From Planctomycetota bacterium (GTDB taxonomy: Bacteria; Planctomycetota; B15-G4), in the NCBI GenBank assembly GCA_038212275.1, contig JBBQUR010000008.1, positions 128,001 to 192,000 of the forward strand: a stretch of 64,000 nucleotides of DNA, written 5' to 3'. Positions 1 to 13,754 of the stretch are shown one piece after another (positions within the stretch are counted from its first letter, which is position 1; each line of letters begins with the position of its first letter). Made by a program: the position numbers and the translations under genes. The notes under the pieces are model-generated. The model was not told the DNA's origin. It saw nothing but the letters and a program-made list of their open reading frames with translations, and did no database searches.

Positions 1-1153
<1,153 letters not shown>

Positions 1154-1167
1154 GGGCGTTCTCTTCG

Positions 1168-3474
1168 TCACACGAGGTTGCTGCGCTTGCGCACGATCCA
1201 CTCGGCGGACAACAGCGCGAGGAGAGCCAGCAGCTGGAACCAGCCGGACCACAGCTCCTCGCGTTCGGGCTCGTCCACGGCGCGTTCACGCGGCGCATCG
1301 CGCAGGCTTGCGAACAGCTCGTCCGCGCGCGCCAGCGGCACATAGCGCCCGCCCGTGGACGCGGCCAGCGCGGTGAGCAGCGGCACGTCGAGGATCGGGT
1401 CGTCGGTCTCGGCCGACGGCACGCTCGCGGTGACGATGCGCGGCGAGCGCGGGCCGGCGTCCGGGCTCTCCGGATCCTCCAGCCACAGCCGGTACGGGCC
1501 GGGACTCGCGGCCACGAGCGAACCCGTGAACACGCCGTCCTCCTCGCGCTGCAGCGTCTGCGTCTCGCGGCGTCCGTCGGGCAGCACGACCTGCGCATCG
1601 AAGCTCGGCGCGACGAGCGGCGTGAACTGGCTGTCGCGCACGCGCGCCGTGATCGCGATGCGGTCGCCGATGTTGTAGTTGGCCAGGTCCGTGCTGAGGT
1701 CGAAGCGATAGTCGCTGCGCCGCAGCTTGTTCAGCGCGAGGTAGCGGATGAGGCCCTTCCAGAAGGGCTCGCGATAGGCCTCGAGATAGCGGAAGCGCCA
1801 GCGCCAGGTCTCGTCCGTGCCGAGGTAGGCCGTGCGGCCCTGCGGGTAGTACATCGTGGCGAGCAGCACGTGCGGGCCGTGCGCATTCACCGAGCGCGGG
1901 TGCGTGAGCAGCACGTCGGCGGTGGCGCGGGCCGAGGCCACGGGGTAGTACCAGGTGAGCGGCGCGAGGCCGTCGTCCGCCTCCCACAGCGCGCGGTTGA
2001 GGTCCAGGTCGGGCGTGAGCGTCACCACTTCATGCGGGTCGCGCGGGCGCTGCAGCGTCGGGTGAAAACCGGCGCCGGGGTCCGCCACCGCCGCCCACTC
2101 CGTCGCCGGGTCGCCGATGAGCACCGGCAGGATGTCGGCGATGGGAGTGCCGATGTACTCGCGCGGCGCGTCACGCGGTCCGGCCTGCATGAGGAAGCCG
2201 CCGCCCGCCTCCACGAAGGTCTTGATGTTCTTGAGGTACTGCTCGTGGTCCGGCCCGAGGTCCTGCGGGTGCACGTCGCCGAAGATGATCACGTGGTACT
2301 GCAGCAGGTCCTGCAGAGTCGGCGGGAAGCGCGTGAGCGCGGGCACGCCGTCCGACGACTCCTGGATGAACTCCGGGCTCGCATCGAGCAGCAGGCACTG
2401 CGCCTCGACGTTGGAGAAGCGCAGCAGCGAATGCATCAGGAAGCTGTACTCGAAGCGCGGATAGCCGTCGACGTAGAGCACCTTGATGCGGCCGGGCTCG
2501 ACGCGCAGGAGGCGGCGCTCCGTGTTGTTCGACGTGTCGCGCTCGTCGGGGCGCGGCACGACCGTGATGGCCAGGTCGAGGTCGCCGTCGGTTTCGGGCA
2601 CGAAGCTCACGCGCACGGACTGCTCGGTGGAACCGGCGGACTCCGCAAGCCGGAAGTCCTCGCGTGCGAGCTCCGTGCGGCTGCCGGTGTCGGTGATCGT
2701 CAGCACCGACGGCGCGCCGGAATAGCCGCGCGAGGCGATGTTGATCTCGAGCGTCACCGTGTCGCCGGCCAGCGCGACCTCGGGCGCGGTGACGCCGGAG
2801 ATGCGCACGTCGCGCGGCACGTCGGGGTCACCCACGCCGATGCTGTTCACCGGCACGCGACGGCCGGCGAGGATGGTGAGCGCCGCCTGGGCCTCGCGGC
2901 CGGCGTTGCTCTTGCCGTCGGACACGAGGATGACCTGGCTGACCTCGCGACCGCGCGTCTCGGCCGCCAGCGCGGCCAGCGCATCGCCGAGACGCGTGCT
3001 GCCGTCCGCGGCCTTGAGGTCGGCCAGCCCGCCCACCGCGCGCAGGTTGTCGCCGAAAGCGAAGAGCTGCGTCTCGTAGCGCTCGTCCAGGGCGGCGAGC
3101 GGCGCGGCCAGCTCGGCGCGCAGCACCTCGGTGCGCGAACTGCCCGCCGGCAGGTCGCGGCGCCGGGCGAGTTCTGGCAGGTCGCGCTCGCGCATGCTGG
3201 CCGAGTCGTCCAGCAGCACCGCCGCGACAGGCCTCTCGATGGCCACCTTCTGGGTGAGGCGCACCGGGTGCAGCAGGAACAGCACGAGGAGCGCGAGCGT
3301 CAGCGCGCGCAGCGCGGCCGGCAGCCACGCGCCCTCCGCCAGACCCTGACGGCGATACAACCAGCGCGAGAAGATCACGATGGCCGGCGCGATGACGAGC
3401 GCCAGCACCCACAGCGGCGGCAGGTTGAGGAACTCGATGCGCTGCGTCTGCACGATGTCCGCGAGCGCAATCAT
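1168..3474 (-). CDS. Membrane protein with vWA domain and class I glutamine-amidotransferase-like domain
   Basis: Two N-terminal TM helices, MIDAS motif DDSASM and VSDG, KVLYVDGYPRFEY, GTDETWRWR, and a C-terminal TM ending LSAEWIVRKR. Typical of MoxR-operon vWA proteins. Confidence 0.85.
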   Translation of the reverse strand: MIALADIVQTQRIEFLNLPPLWVLALVIAPAIVIFSRWLYRRQGLAEGAWLPAALRALTLALLVLFLLHPVRLTQKVAIERPVAAVLLDDSASMRERDLPELARRRDLPAGSSRTEVLRAELAAPLAALDERYETQLFAFGDNLRAVGGLADLKAADGSTRLGDALAALAAETRGREVSQVILVSDGKSNAGREAQAALTILAGRRVPVNSIGVGDPDVPRDVRISGVTAPEVALAGDTVTLEINIASRGYSGAPSVLTITDTGSRTELAREDFRLAESAGSTEQSVRVSFVPETDGDLDLAITVVPRPDERDTSNNTERRLLRVEPGRIKVLYVDGYPRFEYSFLMHSLLRFSNVEAQCLLLDASPEFIQESSDGVPALTRFPPTLQDLLQYHVIIFGDVHPQDLGPDHEQYLKNIKTFVEAGGGFLMQAGPRDAPREYIGTPIADILPVLIGDPATEWAAVADPGAGFHPTLQRPRDPHEVVTLTPDLDLNRALWEADDGLAPLTWYYPVASARATADVLLTHPRSVNAHGPHVLLATMYYPQGRTAYLGTDETWRWRFRYLEAYREPFWKGLIRYLALNKLRRSDYRFDLSTDLANYNIGDRIAITARVRDSQFTPLVAPSFDAQVVLPDGRRETQTLQREEDGVFTGSLVAASPGPYRLWLEDPESPDAGPRSPRIVTASVPSAETDDPILDVPLLTALAASTGGRYVPLARADELFASLRDAPRERAVDEPEREELWSGWFQLLALLALLSAEWIVRKRSNLV

Positions 3475-5687
3475 CAGCGTGCCTTTCCCAGGGTGCGTGC
3501 GAGCACGGACTCGGCGAGCGCCAGGCCGAGCAACGCCCAGAGCAGGGCCGTCGCGAGACTGCCGTCGCCCGGCGCGCCTGCCGACTCCGTCGGATGTTCC
3601 AGCTCCTCGCCGAGCACGAAGGGCACGCCGGCAAGCGCCGCGGAGAGCGAGGCGTCATCGATCGAGCGCAGGTCGCCCTCGCGCGCATCGGGCAGCGCGG
3701 CGAGCGCGAGCACCTGCTTGCCCTCGGGGCCGCCGGAGGTCGTGACCTCCAGCTTGTAGGGTCCGGCCTGGTCGAAGGGCGTGCTGTCGAGGCGCAGCAC
3801 CGCGCGCGGCCCGACGCGCTCGCTCGCCGGGCGCTCGAGCATGGTGACCGCGCCCGACGGATCGGTGAGCTGCGCGGAGAGCGGAAAACCCTCCACCACG
3901 AGCGTCGGCGTCTGCCCCACCGGCACGTTGGCGGCGCCCGCGTCCGGAGCGATGAGCGCCGTGAGCAGCTCGTGCACGAGCGGCACCCAGAGCGCGGGGT
4001 TGCGCGGCAGCAGCGACCAGCGCGTGTCCGCCGACGTGCCGACCATGATGATGCGTCCGCGCTGCAGGCGCCCCTCGACGATGGCCGGCGTCGTGTGGCC
4101 GGTCGCATCGGCGAAGGAGGCCAGCACGTGGCTGTCGGGCAGAGGCTCCAGTTCGCGCCACGCGAAGACCGGCACCTGGAGCAGCACCGCGAGGCGCGGG
4201 TCGGCGAAGAGCGCGAGCGCGGCGGGAGGCGGCTCGGGCAGCGCCAGCGTCACGTAGTCCTCGCCGCCGCGGCCGTCCGGGTCGCCGCGCACGGGCACGT
4301 CGGGAATCGTCGCGGGCAGCAGGCCCAGCGGCTCCAGGCGCTCGTCGTAGAGCTGCGGCAGCACGTTGTCGCCCATGAAGACGAGCAGCGGCGTGCCGGA
4401 CGACACGAGTTGCGCGAGCGACTGCGCGGCGGCGGCGGACAGGCCGCCGACGTTGGCGAGGACGATCGCATCCACGTGCGGCAGGTCCGCGGCCGACTCC
4501 TCGAAGCGGCCCACGTCCCAGACGATCGGCTCGAAGCGCGCCGGTGCGTGCTCTTCGTCGCCGGGATCGAGCGCGAGGCGCAGATAGCCGGTGGCCGAGG
4601 AGAGGTCGTCCGCCCCGCCCGGCGCGCCGTCCACCAGCAGCACGTCCAGCGTGTCGCGCACGTCGAAGGCCAGCGCGCGACTGTCGTCGAAGGGCAGGTC
4701 GTCGGCGTCGAGCGTGAACACCATGTGATGCGCGCCGGGCGTGTCGATGCGCCGCCGCACGCTGGCCGTGGCGTCGCCGCCGGGAGCAAGGTCCAGACGC
4801 TGGCGGTCCACCTGCACGCCGTCGAGCAGGAAGCTGCCCTCCACCGAGGCGCGGGCGGTCGTGGACCAGTTGTGAACCGCTGCCGTGAAGGTGACGGGCT
4901 CGCGGGCGCGCAGCAGGGGCCGCTCCGTGACCAGCGACTGCACGCCGAGGTTCACCGTCTCCTTGTCGCCCGACACCGCGGGCACGACGCGCAGCGTGCC
5001 GCCGCCCTGCTCGAACACGGAGGCGAAAAGCGCGCCGAGCGAATCGCCCGCGGCGAGCCAGCTGAGCCGCTGCAGGTCCGTGAGGATGACGACGTCGAGC
5101 CGGCCGGGCCGCGCGGGGCGCACGCGGTCCTTGACGACACGCGCCACGGCGACGAGGTCCGCGACCCCGCCGGGTTCGGGCAGCGGATTGTCGAGTGCGG
5201 CCAGCGCCACCGAAGGCGGCGCGCCGATGGGCGCGAGCAGCACGGGGCCGCTGCCCATCGACAGCAGCGTCACGGCGTCGCCGCGCGCGTCGGAGAGTTT
5301 GCCGAGGCGTCGGCGCAGGTCGTCGATCACGCGCTCGTCGGCGGTGGTGCCGGAGCCGACGAGGCGCCCCATGCTGCCGCTGCGGTCCACGATGCAGACC
5401 AGCTCGCGGCGCCCGCCGGTCACGAGTGCGAGCGGGCTGTCTTCGGGCACGAAGGGCAGCGCCATCGCCAGCGCGGCGAGCAGGATGAGCAGGCAGCGCA
5501 GCAGCAGCAGCAGCAGGCTCTCCATGCGCAGGCGGCGGCGGCGGCGTGCGAACGCGGCCTGCAGGAAGCGCATCGCCGCGAAGGGCACGACCACGTAGCG
5601 GCGGCGATTCAGCAGGTGGATGAGGATGGGCACGCCGACGAGGGCCGCACCCCACAGCATCGCCGTCGAGCCGAAGGCGATGTTCAT
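3474..5687 (-). CDS. BatA N-terminal domain + vWA domain membrane protein
   Basis: Start at ATG 5687 overlaps the DUF58 stop (ATGA). BatA motif PILIHLLNRRR..FAAMRFL, MIDAS DRSGSM, LTDLQ, C-terminal TM. Confidence 0.88.
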   Translation of the reverse strand: MNIAFGSTAMLWGAALVGVPILIHLLNRRRYVVVPFAAMRFLQAAFARRRRRLRMESLLLLLLRCLLILLAALAMALPFVPEDSPLALVTGGRRELVCIVDRSGSMGRLVGSGTTADERVIDDLRRRLGKLSDARGDAVTLLSMGSGPVLLAPIGAPPSVALAALDNPLPEPGGVADLVAVARVVKDRVRPARPGRLDVVILTDLQRLSWLAAGDSLGALFASVFEQGGGTLRVVPAVSGDKETVNLGVQSLVTERPLLRAREPVTFTAAVHNWSTTARASVEGSFLLDGVQVDRQRLDLAPGGDATASVRRRIDTPGAHHMVFTLDADDLPFDDSRALAFDVRDTLDVLLVDGAPGGADDLSSATGYLRLALDPGDEEHAPARFEPIVWDVGRFEESAADLPHVDAIVLANVGGLSAAAAQSLAQLVSSGTPLLVFMGDNVLPQLYDERLEPLGLLPATIPDVPVRGDPDGRGGEDYVTLALPEPPPAALALFADPRLAVLLQVPVFAWRELEPLPDSHVLASFADATGHTTPAIVEGRLQRGRIIMVGTSADTRWSLLPRNPALWVPLVHELLTALIAPDAGAANVPVGQTPTLVVEGFPLSAQLTDPSGAVTMLERPASERVGPRAVLRLDSTPFDQAGPYKLEVTTSGGPEGKQVLALAALPDAREGDLRSIDDASLSAALAGVPFVLGEELEHPTESAGAPGDGSLATALLWALLGLALAESVLARTLGKAR

Positions 5688-6688
5688 CCGCGCCGCCCCT
5701 GCCGCGCTTCGCGTGCGCCGAGATACGCGGAGAGCCCGACGTCGAGCGGCGTGCCCGTGTCGAGCAGGTGGTAGTCCACGCCGCGCCGACCGCAGGCGGA
5801 GCGGACCTCCGCACGCCACTCCTGCAGCACCGCGAGGTAGCTCTCGCGCAGCGACGGCGCGTCCACCAGCAGGCGCGTGTCGTCCTCGAGCCCCTCGAAG
5901 CGCGTGAGCCTGTCGAAGGGAAAGTGCAGCTCGTCGGCGTGCATCACGTGCAGCACGACGGTGTCATGCCGCCGAGCGGCGAGGGCACCGAGGCCCGACA
6001 CCAGGTTCTCCGTGTCGCCGAAGAGATCGGAGATGAGCACCACGATGCCGGGGCGCGCGATGCGCTCGTTGAGCCGGGCCAGCACGGCGCCGAGATCGGT
6101 GACGCCATGCGGGCGGCGCTCCGCCAGTGCGGCGAGGATGGGCAGCAGGTGACCGGGCGACGTGGAAGCGGGCAGCACGCGGTCCAGTTCGTGATCGAAG
6201 AGCGCGAGCGCCGCGCCGTCACGCTCGCGCAGCACGAGGTGGCTGATGGCCGCCGCCGCCTGGCAGGCGTAGTCGTACTTGCTCGGTGCGGCGCCCGGGG
6301 CATCGGGCAGCGGCGCGCCGGCCGCATCGTCCGCGCGGTTCGGATACGCCATCGACGCGCTGCAGTCCACCACGATGGTGCACTCGAGATTGGTCTCTTC
6401 CTCGTAGCGCTTGATGGCCAGCCGGTCGTTGCGCGCGAAGGACTTCCAGTCGAGGTGGCGCAGGTCGTCGCCCTGCACGTAGGGGCGCCGTTCGACGAAC
6501 TCCACCGACACACCGCGGTGCGGGCTGCGATGGCGCCCGGAGAGGAAACCCTCCACGGTGCGCGTCGCCGAGAGCGACAGGTGCTTGAGGCGCTCGGCGA
6601 GCGCCGGATCGAGCGCGAGGCGCCGCCCGCCGGGCGCGCCTCCGACGGACACCCCCTCGTCCGCCGGGGACCGGAACTCTCCGGCCAC
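5684..6688 (-). CDS. DUF58 domain protein (MoxR-associated, vWA-like)
   Basis: GRHRSPHRGVSVEFVERRPYVQGDDLRHLDWK, IKRYEEETN, DCSASM, LISD. Probable GTG start at 6688, just after the moxR stop. Confidence 0.9.
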   Translation of the reverse strand: MAGEFRSPADEGVSVGGAPGGRRLALDPALAERLKHLSLSATRTVEGFLSGRHRSPHRGVSVEFVERRPYVQGDDLRHLDWKSFARNDRLAIKRYEEETNLECTIVVDCSASMAYPNRADDAAGAPLPDAPGAAPSKYDYACQAAAAISHLVLRERDGAALALFDHELDRVLPASTSPGHLLPILAALAERRPHGVTDLGAVLARLNERIARPGIVVLISDLFGDTENLVSGLGALAARRHDTVVLHVMHADELHFPFDRLTRFEGLEDDTRLLVDAPSLRESYLAVLQEWRAEVRSACGRRGVDYHLLDTGTPLDVGLSAYLGAREARQGRRG

Positions 6689-6693
6689 GTCGC

Positions 6694-7746
<1,053 letters not shown>

Positions 7747-7842
7747 GGCTGGCAACTCCCGGGCGGGCAGGTCGGTGGAGCGATCGGACTCTCTGGCGGA
7801 CGGGCAACGGGCCGGCCGACGGCAGCGTTGGAACGGCGCGAC

Positions 7843-7848
7843 AGTATA
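7843..7848 (-). promoter_or_regulatory. Putative sigma70 -10 element (TATACT) for the moxR operon
   Basis: AT-rich TATACT hexamer in a GC-rich intergenic region about 95 nt upstream of the moxR ATG. Confidence 0.45.
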
Positions 7849-7924
7849 TGCAGGCAGGCATGCGGACCGGCGCTCGCTCTCGCCCGCTGTCCCTGAAGGT
7901 CGTCCGCGCCACCCGCTTGGCGAG

Positions 7925-9973
7925 CTAAGGCGCGGAAGTGAACCACTGGAGATACCAATAGCCGCGCTTGCCGGCTCGCGGGAGTTGCGGCGAGAGCGTG
8001 GCCAGCCCGTCGCGCACCTTGAACAGCGCGGCGGTCGCGAAGGGAGCGGCCTTGTCGCGCGGCAGCAGCTCGGGCTCCGCGGAAAGCGGCTCGCTCGCGA
8101 AGTTGAAGACGCCGACGCTGCTGGGCACCAGAAGGAGGCGACCGGCCATCAGCGGCTTGCCCGTGATCCGCGGACCGTCGCTGCCTGGGGCCGAGAGCGG
8201 GAGCAGCGCGCGCTCCAGCACGTGGCCGTCCGGACCGACCAGCACGACGCCGCTCCTGTCGGACCGGGCCCAGGTGCAGATCACCGCCGGTGACACCCGC
8301 CCCTGCGGATCGGGCACCAGGCCGGCGATGTCGAGCCGGTCGAGGCGCTCGATCGGATCATCCAGGATGAGCTGCCCCGACGGCCCCGGCTCGCGCGCCA
8401 GCATGTAAAGGAAGCGGCTGTCGCTCGGCGCGATGATCACGCGCTCCGGTCCCGGGACTGCGCCGGCGCCGGCGCCGGCGCCGGGCGATGTTGCCCCGAC
8501 GCCGGACGTCGGCTCCTCGGGCCACAACCTGACCGGCTCGTCGCGCCACGCACCCGTGTCGAAGAGGAAGGCCGGGTCGTAGCTGACCGGGTCCTGGCTG
8601 AAGGTCCGGTCGTAGCGGAAGGTGTGGCGCACATGGCCCGTGAGGCCGTCCACCGCCGCGAAGACGCCGTGCCCGGTGCAGGCGTAGAGGATGCCGTCGC
8701 GTTCGGCCAGCGCGCTCTCGTCCGCCGTCTTGTCGACCTCCGTGGCCCCGGTGTCGGCGGTCCGGCTTGCGAAGCGGCGGATCTGCGCGGCGTTCACCAG
8801 CGGCGTCTCGAAGAGCACGCGACCGTCGTCCGCCGAGACAGCCAGCAGCGACACGTCCGTCGTCAGCGCGACGCGGAAGACGAGGCAGAAGACGCGCCGC
8901 CCCACCGCGAGCGGCGGGCCGAGCGAGAGGCTGATCCTGGCATCGCCCGGCGGCGAGGGCGGGATGCAGACCCAGGCGGTGCTGATCTCGTGCTCGCCGA
9001 TGTCCAGCGCCGCCAGCCGCGCCGCGCGCGGAATGCCGGGGCTGCGTTCGAACTCGCCACGATCGGCGAAGCGCGGCACGCGCAGGGCATTGACGGGAAT
9101 GAAGAAGCGATTCCCTTCGCGCGCGAGCGCGTGGCGCGAGACGCCGGGCAGGTCCAGGCTGTTGTCGGCGAGCAGCCGCGGCAGCACCTCGAAGGGCTTC
9201 AGCGTGAGATCCGCCGTGATGCGGTCGATCGGGAACAGGCCGCGCGCGTCGAGGAAGAGCAGCTCGCCCCGCCGGCCGTCGGCCACCAACGGGAGTCCGC
9301 CGCTCGGGTTGTCGTCGATGGTCAGGGCGGCGCCGCCCTGCAGCACCCAGCGTGTGGTGTCCGGCGCGGCGTCCGGCCCCGCGTCGGGCTCGGCCTCGAG
9401 CAGCCTCGCTCGCGCGGCGGCCTGCAGCTGAGCCGCTCCCGGCAGCGGGAGCGCGCGCGTCGCCAGCGACGCGGCCTCCCACCAGCGCCCCTCCTCGTAG
9501 CAGAGGCGCGCGGCGCCGAGCGCTGCCTCGCGCGAGGACTCCAGCGCGATGCCGCGCGTGGCGCGGTCGAGCAGCGCGGGCAGGTCGCGTACGGCCAGCG
9601 CTGCCGCCAGTTGCGCGCGCTCGTCGGCGAGCACGGCGAGGTGGCCCCTGCTCTCGCCGCTGGCGACCAGCCGGCGCGCGGCCAGCTCGATGGCGGGCGT
9701 GTCGACGCGCACGCCGAGGCCCACGAGCTGCTCGCGCCGGTCGGCCCGCAGGCTGGCGAAGAGCGCGGCCACGCTGGAGGGCGTGTCGTCCGCCAGCGCC
9801 TTGCGCAGCTCGTTGAGCGTGTCGGCGCCGTCGCCCTCGTCCTGCAGCAGCAGGCTCGAGCCGTTGTGGTAACTGCTGCCCTCCGGCGCCACGAACTGCG
9901 CCGTTGCCGACGAGGAAGCAAGGCACGGCAGCATGGTCGCCAGCAGGACTGCGCCGAAGCGGGCGCCCGTCAC
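7925..9973 (-). CDS. Secreted protein with helical N-terminus and degenerate PQQ-like beta-propeller
   Basis: Signal peptide (..SSSATA-Q). Propeller-like segments [47 protein letters not shown]. Confidence 0.7.
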   Translation of the reverse strand: MTGARFGAVLLATMLPCLASSSATAQFVAPEGSSYHNGSSLLLQDEGDGADTLNELRKALADDTPSSVAALFASLRADRREQLVGLGVRVDTPAIELAARRLVASGESRGHLAVLADERAQLAAALAVRDLPALLDRATRGIALESSREAALGAARLCYEEGRWWEAASLATRALPLPGAAQLQAAARARLLEAEPDAGPDAAPDTTRWVLQGGAALTIDDNPSGGLPLVADGRRGELLFLDARGLFPIDRITADLTLKPFEVLPRLLADNSLDLPGVSRHALAREGNRFFIPVNALRVPRFADRGEFERSPGIPRAARLAALDIGEHEISTAWVCIPPSPPGDARISLSLGPPLAVGRRVFCLVFRVALTTDVSLLAVSADDGRVLFETPLVNAAQIRRFASRTADTGATEVDKTADESALAERDGILYACTGHGVFAAVDGLTGHVRHTFRYDRTFSQDPVSYDPAFLFDTGAWRDEPVRLWPEEPTSGVGATSPGAGAGAGAVPGPERVIIAPSDSRFLYMLAREPGPSGQLILDDPIERLDRLDIAGLVPDPQGRVSPAVICTWARSDRSGVVLVGPDGHVLERALLPLSAPGSDGPRITGKPLMAGRLLLVPSSVGVFNFASEPLSAEPELLPRDKAAPFATAALFKVRDGLATLSPQLPRAGKRGYWYLQWFTSAP

Positions 9974-9977
9974 GAAA

Positions 9978-10313
9978 TCACCGCTTTTTCACGGCGGATC
10001 CGGGGCCCCCGGCCTCGGCGCTGTCCGGGTCGGGCAGCTCGCGATAACCAGGAGCATCCGGGGACAGCTTCCAGGACTCGAGCAGGCGCTGGCGCGTGAG
10101 CGGGTCCGCATCGGCGGCCTCGTTCCACTCGACGAGGTGCTGCACCTTGGGCGCCAGCGCGTTCACTTCGGCCGCGGTCACGGCGCGGCGGCGGCGCAGT
10201 TCGTTGCGATCGAGCAGCGCCGGCAACGTGGCCGTGGCAAACAGGTAGACCAGCCCCAGCATCAGCAGCAGGGTCAGGCCTTCACGTCGCAGCAGCCCGG
10301 TCGGGCGTTCCAT
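9978..10313 (-). CDS. FtsB/DivIC-like septum formation initiator family protein (putative)
   Basis: Short N-terminal tail, one TM, a coiled coil, then DP...R..L-type motif (ADPLTRQRLLE). Same strand and close downstream of eno, the usual ftsB position. Confidence 0.55.
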   Translation of the reverse strand: MERPTGLLRREGLTLLLMLGLVYLFATATLPALLDRNELRRRRAVTAAEVNALAPKVQHLVEWNEAADADPLTRQRLLESWKLSPDAPGYRELPDPDSAEAGGPGSAVKKR

Positions 10314-10392
10314 GCCGACATTGCATCAGATCGGAGGCCGCCATTCATCTGGCGAGACGCCGCCGGCGCGGGACGGACGCCGATCGGCGTTC

Positions 10393-10470
10393 GCGAGACG
10401 CCGCCGACGTGGGCGAGACGCTGCCGACGTGGGCGAGACGCCGCTGACGTGGGCGAGACGCCGGCCGACG
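10393..10470. repeat. 20-bp tandem repeat GCGAGACGCCGCCGACGTGG, about 4 copies
   Basis: Copies start at 10393, 10413, 10433 and 10453 (partial), with 1-2 mismatches each. A degenerate copy lies near 10352. Confidence 0.9.
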
Positions 10471-10670
10471 TCTCGTCGTGGCCGCGCGCGCGTCGACACT
10501 GAGCGGCGCGGCGGACTTCGCTCCCTGGCCGTCGCGTCACCGGAAAATGAACGGCTGAATGCGGTCTCTGCACTCTGTATCGTGCGACGCATCGTTCCGG
10601 GCTCCCGAATGGTGTCGGTGCCCCTCACCCGCGCGCGCGTGTTCCAACGCGACGCCACAGGAGCCTGACC

Positions 10671-10775
10671 ATGGCCAAGAAGAAGACCGCGAAGAAGAAG
10701 GCCGCCCCGAAGTCGGCCGCGATCGTCCCGACCGCGAAGCCCGCCGCGAAGAAGGCCGCCAAGCGCAAGAAGTAA
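10671..10775 (+). CDS. 34-aa Lys/Ala-rich histone H1-like small basic protein
   Basis: MAKKKTAKKKAAPKSAAIVPTAKPAAKKAAKRKK*. AGGAG Shine-Dalgarno just upstream, every Lys encoded by AAG, TAA stop followed by two hairpins. Confidence 0.75.
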   Translation: MAKKKTAKKKAAPKSAAIVPTAKPAAKKAAKRKK

Positions 10776-10776
10776 C

Positions 10777-10829
10777 GACTGCCGCAGGGCAGTCCACGCG
10801 GGCCGTCGGCGGAGACGCTGACGGCCCGC
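10777..10829 (+). terminator. Tandem GC-rich hairpins after the small basic gene
   Basis: GACTGCC-gcag-GGCAGTC (10777-10794) and a 14-bp stem GCGGGCCGTCGGCG-gaga-CGCTGACGGCCCGC (10798-10829). No clear U-tract. Confidence 0.6.
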
Positions 10830-11011
10830 AGTGCTTCGTGCGCGAGTCCCGGACGTCGCGTGCCCGAAGCCTGGCGCACGCCGATCTGCCGTGCGCTGAC
10901 GCGCGCCAGATCCGGATCGCACGGCGCCACCTGGCGTTCGTACCGCAGCTCGCGCAGCTCGTGCAGATCGCGCAACCGGCGCTGCACGCGCCGCAGGCGC
11001 CGGCTGGCTCC

Positions 11012-11371
11012 TCAGCCTTCCGCGCCGAAGGGTCCGGAGCCGGGCAGTTTCGCGCCGCAGTAGAGGCATGTCGCGTGGCGCGCGGCGGTCTTGCGCCGGC
11101 AGGCGGCGCAGATCACCGGTGCCCTGGAGAGCCTGCCGTCCGCCTTCCCGTCGAGCAGATCCAGCTCCTGCATCGTGGCGACCAGCTCCTCGTCGCTGTG
11201 ACCGTGCTGCTTGAGCAGCACCCACATCGCGGCGCACGCGAGGTTCATGCGTTCGAACTGCACCTGCAGCTCGCCCAACTCGTCGTGCGTGCGATCGAGC
11301 TTGCTCCGCGCGCGCGTCTCACGCTTTTCCAGCCTGCTGAGGTTCTGCTGGACGGTCCATTCCCAGAACAT
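11012..11371 (-). CDS. Hypothetical coiled-coil protein with C-terminal zinc ribbon
   Basis: GGAGG 8 nt upstream of ATG 11371. Motifs DLLDGKADG and CAAC-x10-CLYCG. Confidence 0.8.
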   Translation of the reverse strand: MFWEWTVQQNLSRLEKRETRARSKLDRTHDELGELQVQFERMNLACAAMWVLLKQHGHSDEELVATMQELDLLDGKADGRLSRAPVICAACRRKTAARHATCLYCGAKLPGSGPFGAEG

Positions 11372-11437
11372 CGTGCTCACCTCCAGAGACCTGCGCGACG
11401 CCAGGCGGTCTCGTCGCGCCGCTGCGCCGCCGCGGCC

Positions 11438-12745
<1,308 letters not shown>

Positions 12746-12863
12746 GTCCGCGCCCCCGGCCAGGCCGGCCTCGGGCGAGAGCCGTGCCGCCCCGCGCACG
12801 ACCGACGGCGCCGGGTCGGCAGGCCGCGTCAGGGGGCGACGAAGGCGTGAGGGGCCGACGAAG

Positions 12864-13754
12864 TCAGGGCGCGATGAAGAGGTAGATGCCGAAGCCCAGC
12901 GTGTCCCGCCCCCACTGCCGCCAGGCCAGCTGCCACGCGGTGACGCGCTGCGCGATGGCCGGCGCGTCGGGGTCTTCGGGGTGCGCCGCGATCCAGGCCT
13001 CGAGAGAGCGCGCATGGCGCCGCTCGTAGCGCTCGAAATCCTGCGCCGAGGTTTCGACGGCGTGCACGCAGGTCAGGCCGACCTCCGAGCCCAGTTCGCG
13101 ATTCCCGGTGTGGTCCGTGAAGTCGTCGGCCGTTGCGCCCAGCACCGCGAGGTACTCGGGCGCCGGCTCGCTGCGCCAGTAGCCTTCGCCCAGCAGCAGC
13201 GCGCCGCCCGGCGCGAGCAGTTGCACGAGCCGGCCGGGCGCCTCGCGCGGCGTACCGACCGCATGGCTTGCGCCGATGCACAGCACGGCATCGAAGCGCG
13301 CGCTGTCCGGCGTGCGCCGCGCGGCGAACTCCGCGAAGGACTCGCCGTGCAGCGTCAGCCGCCCGATCGGCCCGTCCCCATCCACGCCGGGCAGCGCCTG
13401 CGACGGCCGGACGCGAGCGAAGGCGCGGTGCCGCGCGCCGCGAGCGCCGCCCGCCACGTCGCCATCGTGCGCGCCGTGAGGCAGACGCTGTTCCGCCTGC
13501 TGGCGCGCCTCCGCGATGAAGGCTGCATTGCCGTCGACACCGACGCCGTTCACGCCGTAGCGCTCCGCGAGCCGCAACAGCGCCTCCGCCTTGCCGCAGC
13601 CGACATCGAGGACGCGGGCACCCAGCGCGGGCAGCCGCTGCGCGAGCACGGCGAGCGCGTCGTCGAGCACCTCATCGCCCACGGGATTGCAGACAGTCAT
13701 GCCGCGGTGCGCGATAGTGGTGTACCTGCCGTGGTCGACAGAACCCGTCTTCAC
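12864..13754 (-). CDS. Class I SAM-dependent methyltransferase
   Basis: VLDVGCGKAE, GVD, FDAVLCIGASH, LLLGEGYW, C-terminal GRDTLGFG. Start uncertain (GTG 13754 or TTG 13769). Confidence 0.85.
   Translation of the reverse strand: MKTGSVDHGRYTTIAHRGMTVCNPVGDEVLDDALAVLAQRLPALGARVLDVGCGKAEALLRLAERYGVNGVGVDGNAAFIAEARQQAEQRLPHGAHDGDVAGGARGARHRAFARVRPSQALPGVDGDGPIGRLTLHGESFAEFAARRTPDSARFDAVLCIGASHAVGTPREAPGRLVQLLAPGGALLLGEGYWRSEPAPEYLAVLGATADDFTDHTGNRELGSEVGLTCVHAVETSAQDFERYERRHARSLEAWIAAHPEDPDAPAIAQRVTAWQLAWRQWGRDTLGFGIYLFIAP

Noticed and set aside
10393..10470. Possible CRISPR array
   Set aside because: The units are directly adjacent with no unique spacers, and there are no cas genes in the window.
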